This document shows, piece after piece, positions 1 through 10,286 of a DNA stretch of 64,000 nucleotides (positions within the stretch are counted from its first letter, which is position 1; the number at the start of each line of letters is the position of its first letter). A model generated the notes under the pieces. That model was not told the origin of the DNA. It did not search any database and saw only the letters and a program-made list of their open reading frames with translations. The DNA is from a virus (lineage: Duplodnaviria; Heunggongvirae; Uroviricota; Caudoviricetes): IMG/VR virus record IMGVR_UViG_3300021431_002946, positions 225,291 to 289,290 of that record, one strand, 5' to 3'. Position numbers and translations under genes: made by a program.

Positions 1-189
1 AGATTTGATATTTCTGATGATGATTTATGCATAAAAGATTGTTCTTCTATTGTAGATAATACTATGGATCTTTTAATTGAGATGAGTGATGCATTAGAAT
101 ATATAGAGACATTTTGTTCAATGCCAGTACAAGCACAATTACAAATTATTACAGATACTATCGATGAATTAATTCAAGAAGAAGGATAG
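1..189 (+). CDS. 3' end of an acidic hypothetical protein (truncated at window start)
   Basis: Frame 1 is open from base 1 to TAG at 187-189. Confidence 0.6.
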   Translation, partial: RFDISDDDLCIKDCSSIVDNTMDLLIEMSDALEYIETFCSMPVQAQLQIITDTIDELIQEEG

Positions 190-192
190 TGT

Positions 193-816
193 ATGGCTAG
201 TATAATAGATAAAATATTAGGAAAGAAAGAGAAAAAGAAGAAAGGTAATATATTTATTGCTGGAACAAATGTTGATAATTCATTAGATTTAGTAATTAAA
301 TATTTTAAAATACCTTCAAAGAAGTTATATACAGAACAAACAGTTTTATTTGATAACTTAAAGGAACTTGAAAAAGAAGCAATTAGACGAGAAAATGAAA
401 TAGTTGATAAAGGTTATAAAGACTATACTCAATTATTTGAACCTAAATTTATAGTAATAGAAGATCTTGAATCATTAGATCTTACTAATACTATAATGAT
501 GGACGCAATTAAAGAAAAATTAGTTACTTTAACTAATAAGAGTGAAATTACTGGATTATTTTTTATATTTATTATAAAAAATGATAATTGCGCAAATATA
601 TTTTTAGATATTTATAAGTCATGTTTATATAAAATTCATTTTGGTGAATTTAAAGACTCTATTTATATCCAAGAAATATTTGAAATGATGACAAAGCATT
701 TTACAAATGACGAACTTAATGATATAATAAATAAGTTAGTAATACAATATTCAGATGTAGATGTAGCACTTTTGAATATTGAAGAATTTAATTTTTATAT
801 GAGACAACCTATATGA
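193..816 (+). CDS. FtsK-like ATPase-fold protein, probably catalytically dead
   Basis: NIFIAG strand, LEKEAIRR helix and PKFIVIEDL strand mirror the FtsK layout; Walker A GSGKS is absent. Confidence 0.4.
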   Translation: MASIIDKILGKKEKKKKGNIFIAGTNVDNSLDLVIKYFKIPSKKLYTEQTVLFDNLKELEKEAIRRENEIVDKGYKDYTQLFEPKFIVIEDLESLDLTNTIMMDAIKEKLVTLTNKSEITGLFFIFIIKNDNCANIFLDIYKSCLYKIHFGEFKDSIYIQEIFEMMTKHFTNDELNDIINKLVIQYSDVDVALLNIEEFNFYMRQPI

Positions 817-1364
817 AAAAGATAATTTTTGATTTAGACGATACTATGTGGCCACTTAATGCAAAAGCATGCGCTCTTGCAAATGTTGACATTAATAAAT
901 TAGTATATTTTAATCTTAGCTTGAATAAAGATTTAACTAAAGCTGAGAGAGAAAAGCTATGTAGTATTTATAGTGACCCAGGTCTTTGGAAAAATATAAA
1001 GTATTATAAAGGCGCTAAAAAAATTTATAAGTTAGAAAAACATAAAGATGTAAAAGTTTTTATTAATTCTAATAGTATGAATCAAGATGTTCGAGCATAT
1101 AAAAGAAGTATTTTAAGTAAGGACCTTAATTTACCTAATAAACAGATTATATTGAATAGCTCTTGTAGAAAAAAGAATATTAAGGGAGCATTTATATTTA
1201 TTGATGATAATCCTGATAATATTTTGCATGCTGAATCTGAATATTATATTATGCTTGATAAACCTTGGAATCAAAAATTAAAAGGAAAGAATATTTTTAG
1301 ATGTTATTCATTTGAAGAAATACTTGAAACAATAGAAAAACTTATAAAGGAATCTGAATCATGA
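813..1364 (+). CDS. HAD-family 5'(3')-deoxyribonucleotidase-like
   Basis: IIFDLDDT, FIDDNPDN, KPWN motifs. Confidence 0.8.
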   Translation: MKKIIFDLDDTMWPLNAKACALANVDINKLVYFNLSLNKDLTKAEREKLCSIYSDPGLWKNIKYYKGAKKIYKLEKHKDVKVFINSNSMNQDVRAYKRSILSKDLNLPNKQIILNSSCRKKNIKGAFIFIDDNPDNILHAESEYYIMLDKPWNQKLKGKNIFRCYSFEEILETIEKLIKESES

Positions 1365-1945
1365 AAGCATTAGTTATTGCAGATACTCATGGAATTTTAA
1401 ATTCTATCTATGAGCAAATTAAAGATCAAATTCCTAAATTTGATATGGTTATTTTATTAGGTGACCATAGCACTACAGATATTAGATGCGCACAATTAAT
1501 TGCAAATAGAAAAGTAGTATTTAGAATTGCAGGCAATCATGATATGCCTTATTCAACATCAACACATAATTTTCATGCAACATTATGTAATGTAAATCCA
1601 TCTTTTACAGGATGGCAAGGTTCTCATAAATATAAAGAATCGCAATATTATGGTTATACTCAAGATCAATCTTTAAATGAATATAGAAAAATGCCTAAAG
1701 CTGATATTTTATTTTCTCATGATGGACCTTTTAATAATGAAAAAGATGAAGCTCATTGCGGTCTTAAAGGTATAACTAAGTATATTAAAAAGATTAAACC
1801 AAAAACATTTATATTTGGTCATTTACATAAACCAAATACATTTAAATTATATGATACAAATTGTTTTTGTGTCTATCAATTTTCATGGTTTGAATTTGAT
1901 AAAGAAGGAAATGTACTAAATTATAAGCAATTTAAAACATTCTAA
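1361..1945 (+). CDS. Calcineurin-like metallophosphoesterase
   Basis: ADTHG, LGDH, GNHD, SHDG, FGHLH motifs. Confidence 0.85.
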   Translation: MKALVIADTHGILNSIYEQIKDQIPKFDMVILLGDHSTTDIRCAQLIANRKVVFRIAGNHDMPYSTSTHNFHATLCNVNPSFTGWQGSHKYKESQYYGYTQDQSLNEYRKMPKADILFSHDGPFNNEKDEAHCGLKGITKYIKKIKPKTFIFGHLHKPNTFKLYDTNCFCVYQFSWFEFDKEGNVLNYKQFKTF

Positions 1946-1960
1946 ATAAGGAGAACTATT

Positions 1961-2266
1961 ATGAATCTATATGCAGGAGTTGTTGATTTAAATAATAAAC
2001 AATATAAACTTTATACAATAGAAGCCGAAGAAACAAAAGAAGCTGAGTATAAAACTTCAAAAGCAGTATATGTAAATTATTCAACTACATTAAGCAAAAT
2101 TTCAAGACATTATTGTAACTTAATGTTACATATAGGAAAGACAAATGAAGATAGAATATATGTTTATTACTCATTAAATAAAGATATAGTATTAAATAAA
2201 ATGGTTGATTTTGTAAATAAAAATGATGAAAATAAAATAACAATTGATGATATAATTATTATATAG
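1961..2266 (+). CDS. hypothetical protein
   Basis: ORF with AAGGAG RBS. Confidence 0.7.
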   Translation: MNLYAGVVDLNNKQYKLYTIEAEETKEAEYKTSKAVYVNYSTTLSKISRHYCNLMLHIGKTNEDRIYVYYSLNKDIVLNKMVDFVNKNDENKITIDDIIII

Positions 2267-2276
2267 GAGGTATTAT

Positions 2277-2447
2277 ATGAGAAGCGATGTTAGAAAACTT
2301 ACAGATGAACAGAATAGAATGCTTTTTGACACTTATTATAAGTTAATCAAGCCTATTGAAGAAATTTCTATTGATGAATATTTAAATGCTCCTGAAAATT
2401 TTTTAAATACAAATTTTGATGTACAGAACTATGGTAAAAAGGAATAA
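2277..2447 (+). CDS. small hypothetical protein (56 aa)
   Basis: AGGAGG RBS; stop overlaps next ATG. Confidence 0.6.
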   Translation: MRSDVRKLTDEQNRMLFDTYYKLIKPIEEISIDEYLNAPENFLNTNFDVQNYGKKE

Positions 2448-3160
2448 TGACTATGTTGACTTTAAAAGATATTATTGATATGACATATGAAGAATATGTT
2501 GAACATTTGTTGAAAAAGTATGGTCCTGTACCTGAGAATTTTGTAACTAATAGAGAATGTGAAAAGTTTAATCTAAATATTGATAGATCAAAAGAAGGAT
2601 TAACTATTCATCATGTTAAGGAAAAGCTTGGTGGCGTTCCTATAAATTGGTATGATTATGAAATGCATAAGAAAGAAAATTTAGTCTACTGTGATATGGT
2701 AGAACATTTTCTTTTACATGTTAAGCTTTTCTATGATCCAAAGTTTAATTATGAACAACAAGGTATGTTACATATTGTAGATGAAAATGGACAATCTGAT
2801 GAAGAAATAGATGATTTAGATCCTGCAATAATAACTCCAGAAATACAATTAGTCGGATTTAAAATGTATTTAAAAGATATGATCTTTGAAATCAATAGAT
2901 TATATTTTGATAATATTTGTTATGGTCAGCCTGGACCTACTAGAATTCCAGGATTAACAACAAAAATATTACCTAAGTATAAAGCATATCTTGGAATACT
3001 TAAATATATATTACTTGTAACTGGTGTAGGATATATGGAACAGTTTAGTGAAGCAGTTTTAATTTGTGCATCTACATCAGAATCTAGTATTTGTCATGAA
3101 ATATCTGCAGATTTGTTAGATATGATTATTGATTATAAAGATACTTCAATTGATCTTTAA
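2447..3160 (+). CDS. hypothetical protein with possible HNH-like N-terminal domain
   Basis: IHHVKE...ENLVYC...EHFLLH pattern. Confidence 0.45.
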   Translation: MTMLTLKDIIDMTYEEYVEHLLKKYGPVPENFVTNRECEKFNLNIDRSKEGLTIHHVKEKLGGVPINWYDYEMHKKENLVYCDMVEHFLLHVKLFYDPKFNYEQQGMLHIVDENGQSDEEIDDLDPAIITPEIQLVGFKMYLKDMIFEINRLYFDNICYGQPGPTRIPGLTTKILPKYKAYLGILKYILLVTGVGYMEQFSEAVLICASTSESSICHEISADLLDMIIDYKDTSIDL

Positions 3161-3172
3161 GAGGTAATATAT

Positions 3173-3364
3173 ATGAAGAAAACAATTAATCTTGGAAATT
3201 GTACTGTAAAAGAATTAAAAGAAGCTTTAAAAAATACAAATGACGATGTAATTATTAATATTTGTAATACTGGAACTACAGGTATAATAAAAGATGTTAA
3301 TATGGATATTAGTAAAAAATCTATTTGTATAAATATTGAAGCGGATGCATTAAAAAAGGGGTAA
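3173..3364 (+). CDS. hypothetical protein
   Basis: ORF with GAGG RBS. Confidence 0.6.
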   Translation: MKKTINLGNCTVKELKEALKNTNDDVIINICNTGTTGIIKDVNMDISKKSICINIEADALKKG

Positions 3365-3366
3365 TA

Positions 3367-3831
3367 ATGAATTATTTTTTAAAGAAATGTATAGCTGAAG
3401 GGTGGCCAGTTGTTTGTGACTATGATGGTGTTTTATTTGAAGCACGATTTGAATATATAAGAGTTGGTGCTTGTAATAATGATGAAGAAATCAGAATAAA
3501 GCATGAACAAGGTTTATGGTTAATTACTACTCCAATTGGTTTTATGATAAATCTATTAAAAGATTTATCTAATCCAAAATTTGTATTATCACATATTCAT
3601 ACGGATATTGAAGAAAAAACAAAAATTAAACAATTAAATAAATATTATAATGGAATTCCTCTATTGAGAGCTAATTCTGTTGAAGAAAAAATTAAATATT
3701 TACAAGATATTTATGATAAATATGGTGGATTTATTTATATCGATGATACATTACCTTATATTCAAATATTTGAGAATGCATTAACTGAAGATACTATGCA
3801 TTTCTTCCATGTATCATCTTTATATGTATAA
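3367..3831 (+). CDS. HAD-superfamily hydrolase
   Basis: VCDYDGVL and IYIDDT motifs. Confidence 0.65.
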   Translation: MNYFLKKCIAEGWPVVCDYDGVLFEARFEYIRVGACNNDEEIRIKHEQGLWLITTPIGFMINLLKDLSNPKFVLSHIHTDIEEKTKIKQLNKYYNGIPLLRANSVEEKIKYLQDIYDKYGGFIYIDDTLPYIQIFENALTEDTMHFFHVSSLYV

Positions 3832-3858
3832 GAAAAAATAACATAATGGAGGATAAGT

Positions 3859-4077
3859 ATGGTAAAAGAATACGATTTTAATTATTCAGGTGGTTATATT
3901 ACAATACAAGATGCTGTAATTAAACTTGATTCTATTGATTATTACAGATTTGATCCTAATCAATTAGTCATGATTATTAATGGAGTAACTATTGGTTTTA
4001 CTTTAACAGAAAAAGATAATGTTGAATCAATTAAAACTCAATTACAAGACCTCTTTAATCCTAGAGAAATAGTATAA
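3859..4077 (+). CDS. hypothetical protein
   Basis: ORF with GGAGG RBS. Confidence 0.65.
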   Translation: MVKEYDFNYSGGYITIQDAVIKLDSIDYYRFDPNQLVMIINGVTIGFTLTEKDNVESIKTQLQDLFNPREIV

Positions 4078-4103
4078 TAAAATATTTTTTATTATTTAAG
4101 AGG

Positions 4104-4116
4104 CTATTTAATAAAT
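4104..4116 (+). promoter_or_regulatory. putative phage-specific promoter motif CTATTTAnTnnnTA (recurrent)
   Basis: Related motif recurs upstream of transcription units at about 8490, 14950, 16173, 24656, 29087, 34069, 40798, 51545 and 51934. Confidence 0.55.
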
Positions 4117-4135
4117 AATAGAGTGGAATCTGCAC

Positions 4136-4168
4136 AATGGCTTAGTTTAATAAACTAAGTCATTTTTA
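4136..4168 (+). terminator. intrinsic terminator in leader
   Basis: AATGGCTTAGTTT/AAACTAAGTCATT hairpin plus T-tract. Confidence 0.7.
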
Positions 4169-4199
4169 TTACAAAAAAATAAAAAGGAGAATAAAAATT

Positions 4200-4598
4200 A
4201 TGAAAATGACAACTTGGGACTTAATAAATGAGGCTAGAAGAAGATTAAATTATAAGTATAACAAAATTGAATGGGTAAATTGTGATTATAGAGTAGAAGA
4301 TAATAAGTTAATTGTAACTCCAAGAATGATTGCAATAAATGGATGTGATGTTTATTGTAAGGATGAGGAAGTTTGTACTGATCCTTTGACTGTATATTTT
4401 GATAAAATACTTCCTAAAACAGTAACATATGTAGATTATAATCCTGAAACTAAAGAATTAAGATTAAATGACACAATTTATTTTATTAAAATATATTATG
4501 ATGTTGGATTTTTTATTGGAGATTTTGGATGCCAAGACTCACAAGCATTAGAAAGTTTAATGAAATATTTTGGTGAATGGTTATTAAAAGGAGACTAA
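4200..4598 (+). CDS. hypothetical protein
   Basis: ORF with AAGGAG RBS. Confidence 0.7.
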   Translation: MKMTTWDLINEARRRLNYKYNKIEWVNCDYRVEDNKLIVTPRMIAINGCDVYCKDEEVCTDPLTVYFDKILPKTVTYVDYNPETKELRLNDTIYFIKIYYDVGFFIGDFGCQDSQALESLMKYFGEWLLKGD

Positions 4599-4600
4599 TT

Positions 4601-5080
4601 ATGGGACTTGATATGTATTTATATAGAGCGGATAAAAAAAGATTAAAAAAATTTGAACAATTAACTGATGAAGAGAAAAAGAATGTAGAAAAACCATTTT
4701 ATGAAGTTGCGTATTGGAGAAAAGCAAATCAAATAAGACAATGGTTTGTTACAAATTGTGGTTATCCAGAAAATGGAAATTGTATAGATTTTAAGCTTAA
4801 AAAATCAGATTTAGAAAAATTAGTTGCAGATTGTAAAGCAATTCGTGAAATTTATAAAGAAGCTGAAAATTTATTTGGTGAAGATGAAGATCAAATTTCA
4901 AATTATGTAGGAAAGAAAGCTAAAAAAATATTACCTACTCAATCTGGATTTTTCTTTGGTTCCACAGATTATGATTATTATTATTTAATGGATATTGATA
5001 ATACAATAGAACAATGTGAAAGAGTATTATCTGAAACAAATTGGAAAGACGAAATTGTAGTTTATTATGAATGGTGGTAA
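4601..5080 (+). CDS. conserved phage hypothetical protein (MGLDMYL...YWRKAN type)
   Basis: RBS places start at 4601; recognisable phage motif of unknown function. Confidence 0.7.
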   Translation: MGLDMYLYRADKKRLKKFEQLTDEEKKNVEKPFYEVAYWRKANQIRQWFVTNCGYPENGNCIDFKLKKSDLEKLVADCKAIREIYKEAENLFGEDEDQISNYVGKKAKKILPTQSGFFFGSTDYDYYYLMDIDNTIEQCERVLSETNWKDEIVVYYEWW

Positions 5081-5095
5081 TTAAGGAGAAATAAT

Positions 5096-5464
5096 ATGTC
5101 TAATAGATTTGATGCTGAACAAAGAGCTTTTAATAATTGGATAAATACAAATGCAGAAACTGTTGATATTTATAGAAGATACAATCATGATTTTGAGTTT
5201 TTTATGGTACCTATAATTCAAAATAGAATTAAAAAAGAAGGTTATACAAAATATCTTGATTTAACAGATGAAGAAATTGATAAACTTTGCAAAGCCATAG
5301 ATGAAAAGAATGAGCAAATAAGTAAAGAACCTGATGAAAATGGTGTAAGACACATTTCAATTTGGCAAGGGTATAATGAAAGAGATACAATTATTTTAAT
5401 TAAAGCATTTGTAAAACTTTCAAGCGATGACCAAAATATTATATTAGGTTATTCTTTTAGATAA
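5096..5464 (+). CDS. hypothetical protein
   Basis: ORF with RBS. Confidence 0.7.
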   Translation: MSNRFDAEQRAFNNWINTNAETVDIYRRYNHDFEFFMVPIIQNRIKKEGYTKYLDLTDEEIDKLCKAIDEKNEQISKEPDENGVRHISIWQGYNERDTIILIKAFVKLSSDDQNIILGYSFR

Positions 5465-5474
5465 GGAGTAAATT

Positions 5475-5765
5475 ATGACTAGAGAGGAAATTATAGAAGA
5501 AGTTCAAAATTGGAGTGGAGAGAAAACCGATATTTGTGCAAATATTCATCCTGAATTTCGTGATTATTATAATAGATTAAGTGGTAATGTAGTAGATGTT
5601 GTTTTTGATGATTTTGAGGGTAAAGCTAATAGAAATACTACATTTTTAGGTATAATTGGTGGATTAGTTGATTCTATTATAATTGGACTTCCAGAAAAAG
5701 ATGTTAGATATTATGCATTAATTGCTGTTTTATATGATACAATTCATAATTATCAAGACAATTAA
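5475..5765 (+). CDS. hypothetical protein
   Basis: ORF with RBS. Confidence 0.7.
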   Translation: MTREEIIEEVQNWSGEKTDICANIHPEFRDYYNRLSGNVVDVVFDDFEGKANRNTTFLGIIGGLVDSIIIGLPEKDVRYYALIAVLYDTIHNYQDN

Positions 5766-5776
5766 GGAGTAAATAA

Positions 5777-6178
5777 ATGAATATTAAAAAAATTTGTGAT
5801 TATTTAAATAATAATTATAAAGAAGTATTAGAATATTCTTTTTATGGTGATATATGGGACACTATAGTTACTATTAAATTTACTGGTGACTATATAGTAG
5901 ATAAAGAATTTGGTGATGATTTTATAATTAAAGTGCCTGTAGAAGTTATAACGTCTGAAGACGATGGTGAAAGTTTAGATGAAATAGAGTATTATAATAC
6001 TGAATTATTTATTTGTAATAATGCAGGTAGACTCTTTATTAGTTTAACAAGATACCCAAATGATCAAGGTGAAATAATTTCTACTGATATGTTTGATACA
6101 AATGATTATACTGGTGTTACAATTTGGGAATTTCATAAGAAGCCTCTAGATTATTTATTTAAAAAAATAGGAGAATAA
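5777..6178 (+). CDS. hypothetical protein
   Basis: ORF with RBS. Confidence 0.7.
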   Translation: MNIKKICDYLNNNYKEVLEYSFYGDIWDTIVTIKFTGDYIVDKEFGDDFIIKVPVEVITSEDDGESLDEIEYYNTELFICNNAGRLFISLTRYPNDQGEIISTDMFDTNDYTGVTIWEFHKKPLDYLFKKIGE

Positions 6179-6179
6179 T

Positions 6180-6692
6180 ATGTATAAGCATCTTGAACAA
6201 TTAGATTTTAATTTTGGTGAAGAAATGTTTAGAAGTGCATTAGATCTTAAAAATAGTGATAAATATCATGAATATATGGTTGATGAATTTGAATCTGAAT
6301 TTGACGATTTAAACGAATTAGATGAAGTTATTGCTGAATTTTATGATCTTATTCAAAGTTTAACTCTTTATAAATCTGAAGGTTATGAATATATTGAATT
6401 AGCGGATGATCGAATTGATTTTGGAGTTGGACATTTAAAATTAACTGATGAAGATTATGTTCAATTAGAAATTAGTCAACAAGTATATTTAGATGACGCT
6501 TGTCTTGCATTTACCGAAAAGACAAATTCTGAAATATATTTACTTGGTAGAAGTGGAAGACATGTTTGTGTAGATTGTAATTTTGATAATGCACTTAGAT
6601 TAGAAGAATTATGCGAAGTACAAAAGAAATTACAAGATAGATATATTGAGGATATTCAAAATGAAGCAAAGAAGCTTGCAAAAGGAAAATAA
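6180..6692 (+). CDS. acidic hypothetical protein
   Basis: ORF with RBS. Confidence 0.7.
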   Translation: MYKHLEQLDFNFGEEMFRSALDLKNSDKYHEYMVDEFESEFDDLNELDEVIAEFYDLIQSLTLYKSEGYEYIELADDRIDFGVGHLKLTDEDYVQLEISQQVYLDDACLAFTEKTNSEIYLLGRSGRHVCVDCNFDNALRLEELCEVQKKLQDRYIEDIQNEAKKLAKGK

Positions 6693-6742
6693 TAAAGAAT
6701 TATTTATTTAATATAAATAATATTGAAAGGAAATTATGTAAT

Positions 6743-7291
6743 ATGATTGTAATAGGAGTAGATCTTGGTAACAAATCTAGGAATAGTATTTGTGTTATGC
6801 AAGATAGTAAATTATTAGAATGGAGTAGATTAAATTATTCTGATTCTAAAAATACTTGGGAGCATAGACAAAAGATAGTAAAGCAGATAAAAGAATATAT
6901 TAAAAAGTATAAGTTAAATAAAAAAGATTATCTTTTATTTGAACAAATATTCTTTAGTAGAGGATTATCTAGAATGGCAAATATAACAAGTATGGCATTC
7001 TTACAAGCAACTCTTATAAATGAATTTTCAAATAAAATTTCTATAAGTGAAGTACATGTACAATCTTGGAAATCTAAAGTATTAGGTTCAAGATCTGCTA
7101 CTAAAGATGACGCAGTTAATTATGTTGAAACTTATTATCCAAATGTAGATTTAGATATTATAGTAGAACATAAAAAGAAAGGTACTGAAATAATAAAAGA
7201 TAATGATACAGCTGACGCAGTATGCATAGCAAAATATGCATTTATTGTGGATCAAAAGAAGTTAGATGAGCATTTAGTTAATTATACATAA
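6743..7291 (+). CDS. RuvC-like Holliday junction resolvase
   Basis: VIGVDLG, FEQ, QSWK, DTADAVCIA catalytic pattern. Confidence 0.75.
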   Translation: MIVIGVDLGNKSRNSICVMQDSKLLEWSRLNYSDSKNTWEHRQKIVKQIKEYIKKYKLNKKDYLLFEQIFFSRGLSRMANITSMAFLQATLINEFSNKISISEVHVQSWKSKVLGSRSATKDDAVNYVETYYPNVDLDIIVEHKKKGTEIIKDNDTADAVCIAKYAFIVDQKKLDEHLVNYT

Positions 7292-7339
7292 GGAGATAAT
7301 TAATTATTATTTATTTAATATATAAAGGAGAATAATATT

Positions 7340-7738
7340 ATGCAAATAATTTCAGCTGAATTACTTACAATTGAACAATATATGAAGTATAAAGACGTAA
7401 TACCTTTTAGTGGTGATGCATTTTGGCTTCAAAGTAATCAATCAAATTCTGAATTTGCTCCGGTAGTAGCGAATTCAGGTTATTTTAATGAAAAAGATGA
7501 TAATTGTTTTGCAAATACTCTTTGTGCTTTTGGTGTAAGAATATTATTAACAGTTGATGGTTTTGACGAAGATATATTAAATTTTGGCGGAAGAGATGTA
7601 TATACAAAGATTGATGATAATTTATACATTTCAAACAAAATACTTGATTACATTTGGTATGATCAAAATAGTAGCGATTATAAGAATTCGTCTATTAGAG
7701 ATCAAATTCAAAAGCACGTAAAAAAATACAAAATTTAG
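7340..7738 (+). CDS. hypothetical protein, DUF6273-like
   Basis: LLTIEQY...FWLQS...GVR pattern. Confidence 0.45.
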   Translation: MQIISAELLTIEQYMKYKDVIPFSGDAFWLQSNQSNSEFAPVVANSGYFNEKDDNCFANTLCAFGVRILLTVDGFDEDILNFGGRDVYTKIDDNLYISNKILDYIWYDQNSSDYKNSSIRDQIQKHVKKYKI

Positions 7739-7846
7739 GTTATTCAGGCGCAGGCAAGTCTACACCGATAAAGATACTAGTCTCTATGTAAATGGAGGGT
7801 TAGTATGGAAATTAAACAATAAAAATAAAATTTTAAGGAGATTATT

Positions 7847-8107
7847 ATGTCTAATAAATATGATGAAATAAAATTTGTTTCTCAATTTTTCGATTTAATA
7901 GACAAAAATCCAAAAATAGCAAATACAGTAACTATGTATAAACCAAATGTTGCTATGACATTTAAAGGACCTTATGTATTATTAACATATGAAAATGGAC
8001 TTAATATAATAGTTAATTCTTATGATTATGATGAAGTTATACATAGTATAAAATATCCAAAAGATGTATTGAATGCAGTTGATAATTTTTATTTATTTAC
8101 ATTATAA
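7847..8107 (+). CDS. hypothetical protein
   Basis: ORF with RBS. Confidence 0.7.
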   Translation: MSNKYDEIKFVSQFFDLIDKNPKIANTVTMYKPNVAMTFKGPYVLLTYENGLNIIVNSYDYDEVIHSIKYPKDVLNAVDNFYLFTL

Positions 8108-8143
8108 TAAAAATGTATTATAAATAAATAGGAGGTAATTTAT

Positions 8144-8485
8144 ATGTCTAAATTTGATAAATTAGAATGGTATGTATATTGTGAAGATCTTAACGGTAAT
8201 AGTATTAAAAAATTTAATATTTTTAATCATTATGGTGTAATGGAAGATCTAAAAAAGCTTGATAAAAAAATTAAAGATTATGATGAATTTTGTAAAAAAT
8301 TTAATACTACTTTAATGTATTATTATTGGTCTAAATGTGAATGGGAAGTAATTATTTCTGATTGGCCACCATCAAAAAGAGATCCAAAAGAAATTAAAGT
8401 TGATGTATATGATCAAATTATGTTAAATAAAGATATATTCTTTAAATATGTCTGGAATACAATACATCCAAAAAAGCAAATATAA
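8144..8485 (+). CDS. hypothetical protein
   Basis: ORF with AGGAGG RBS. Confidence 0.7.
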   Translation: MSKFDKLEWYVYCEDLNGNSIKKFNIFNHYGVMEDLKKLDKKIKDYDEFCKKFNTTLMYYYWSKCEWEVIISDWPPSKRDPKEIKVDVYDQIMLNKDIFFKYVWNTIHPKKQI

Positions 8486-8515
8486 AAGTCTATTTAATTA
8501 TAATGGAGTGTGAAC

Positions 8516-8549
8516 AATACCTTAGCAAAAATGCTAAGGTATTATTTTT
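8516..8549 (+). terminator. intrinsic terminator in leader
   Basis: AATACCTTAGCA/TGCTAAGGTATT hairpin plus T-tract. Confidence 0.7.
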
Positions 8550-8572
8550 AATAAATAAGGAGGTGTCAGTAA

Positions 8573-8935
8573 ATGATTATCTTGAAGTTTGGTTATGAAG
8601 ATTTTATAGAAGATGATGAACCTTTACAATTACATTTTGATAAAGAAAATAATAAATGTTCAGTATATTATACATATTTAGTTACTGACAATAATACCTT
8701 TGCAATAGTAAAAAATGAAATAGTTTTACAAAAAGATATGAATGCAATTTTTATTTATAAAGATGGTTTAATTCATAGTACAATAAATAAAATTGATTTT
8801 GATAAGAAAAGATTAAAGATAGGAAAGGTGTACTTATCTGAAAAAAGTGATATAATGGCAGTAGGTGTTAATAATCTTTATACACTTCCAGGATTAAATG
8901 ATAACGAAGAAGATGAAGGAGATTTTTATGGTTGA
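8573..8935 (+). CDS. hypothetical protein
   Basis: ORF with AAGGAGG RBS. Confidence 0.7.
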   Translation: MIILKFGYEDFIEDDEPLQLHFDKENNKCSVYYTYLVTDNNTFAIVKNEIVLQKDMNAIFIYKDGLIHSTINKIDFDKKRLKIGKVYLSEKSDIMAVGVNNLYTLPGLNDNEEDEGDFYG

Positions 8936-9347
8936 ACGTTATGGTGTATATCGAGATTATGAATATTATGTAGTATTTATGAAGAAAGGCGGTTGGAGGT
9001 CTGGATATATTGGTATACCAAAAGGTCATCCATATTATGGCCGTTTTTATGATGAAATACCTTATATTGATTGTCATAAAGGATTAACTTTCAGTGACTT
9101 TTTACCAGAATTAGATATTGCTGAAAAAAATATTTGGTATTTAGGTTTTGATTATAATCATTACGCAGATGGATATGATTGGGAATTACTTAAAAAATAT
9201 AATGGTGCTGCATTTGTTGAAGAACGTTTAAATGAATTAGACGATAGATTAATGACTAGAAAAATTAATACATGTGTTACAACTGATGAAGTTGAAGAAG
9301 AATGTAAACATGTAATTGACCAAATTATAGCAAATACTCAAAAATAA
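8928..9347 (+). CDS. conserved phage hypothetical protein
   Basis: GYIGIP..HP...CHKGLTFS...WYLGFD..HY.D pattern; RBS favours start 8928. Confidence 0.65.
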   Translation: MVERYGVYRDYEYYVVFMKKGGWRSGYIGIPKGHPYYGRFYDEIPYIDCHKGLTFSDFLPELDIAEKNIWYLGFDYNHYADGYDWELLKKYNGAAFVEERLNELDDRLMTRKINTCVTTDEVEEECKHVIDQIIANTQK

Positions 9348-9360
9348 GGAGAATATATAA

Positions 9361-10275
9361 ATGTTAAATGAGAAAATGAAAGCTTTTCAAGATTATTATA
9401 ATACATTTTCAGATAATGATATATTAATGTATCAATATGTAGATGAGAATATTCATGCTGAAAAGTTTATAAATCAAGAATTAGTTACTAAATGCATTAA
9501 TACGCAAAAGAAAAATAAAAAGATTAAATTTGATTCAATGACAGACGAAGATCAAATAATTGCGTGTATAACAATTGCAAGGTATCTTGAATTAGATTAT
9601 TTTTATGATTGGTTGAAAGAATTTGGAACTGTAACTTTAAAGTTATTTAATAAATATTTAGTTCCTAGATACGCAGCTTTGATTGATCCTTTTTGTGAAG
9701 ATAAAGTTGATTTTGAAAAAGAGTTTGCTGAGTATAAACCAGAAATAAAAATTGGTGAACATCATAATGTTTGGGCAATTAAATTAAATTATGATGAAAG
9801 TATGAATTCTGTATTTGAATTAGAGAATTTAGATAAAGAAGGATTAAAGCTTCTTAAAGAAAAAGTAGCAATTATTTCTGAATTTGCTAAAAGAGTTAAA
9901 GAATATATTGAAGAAAGAGATTTGTTTATTAGTAAGATATATAATCTTTTAGATAAAGATCATTATGAAAGACGTAGATCTAGTATTTATTTAGATACTG
10001 CAAAAGGTAATAGAACTCAAAAACATTTAATGGTTGATTCAAATATATATTCAACTTGTTCAGTATATCATGATTTTAATATTTCTGGAATGAGCACTAA
10101 AATTAAAGTAATAAGAGGAACAACTGTAGTTGGTGTTATTTGTGATAAAGAAGTTCATTTTGATAATATTGAAGATATAATGAATAATCCTCAATTTATT
10201 GATTTAGATGAAATCTTTATTGCAGTTAAATATACAATTGAGCAGAATTATCAAAGTATTGCAATTCTTGATTAA
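9361..10275 (+). CDS. hypothetical protein
   Basis: 304-aa ORF with RBS. Confidence 0.8.
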   Translation: MLNEKMKAFQDYYNTFSDNDILMYQYVDENIHAEKFINQELVTKCINTQKKNKKIKFDSMTDEDQIIACITIARYLELDYFYDWLKEFGTVTLKLFNKYLVPRYAALIDPFCEDKVDFEKEFAEYKPEIKIGEHHNVWAIKLNYDESMNSVFELENLDKEGLKLLKEKVAIISEFAKRVKEYIEERDLFISKIYNLLDKDHYERRRSSIYLDTAKGNRTQKHLMVDSNIYSTCSVYHDFNISGMSTKIKVIRGTTVVGVICDKEVHFDNIEDIMNNPQFIDLDEIFIAVKYTIEQNYQSIAILD

Positions 10276-10286
10276 AGAGGTATTTT

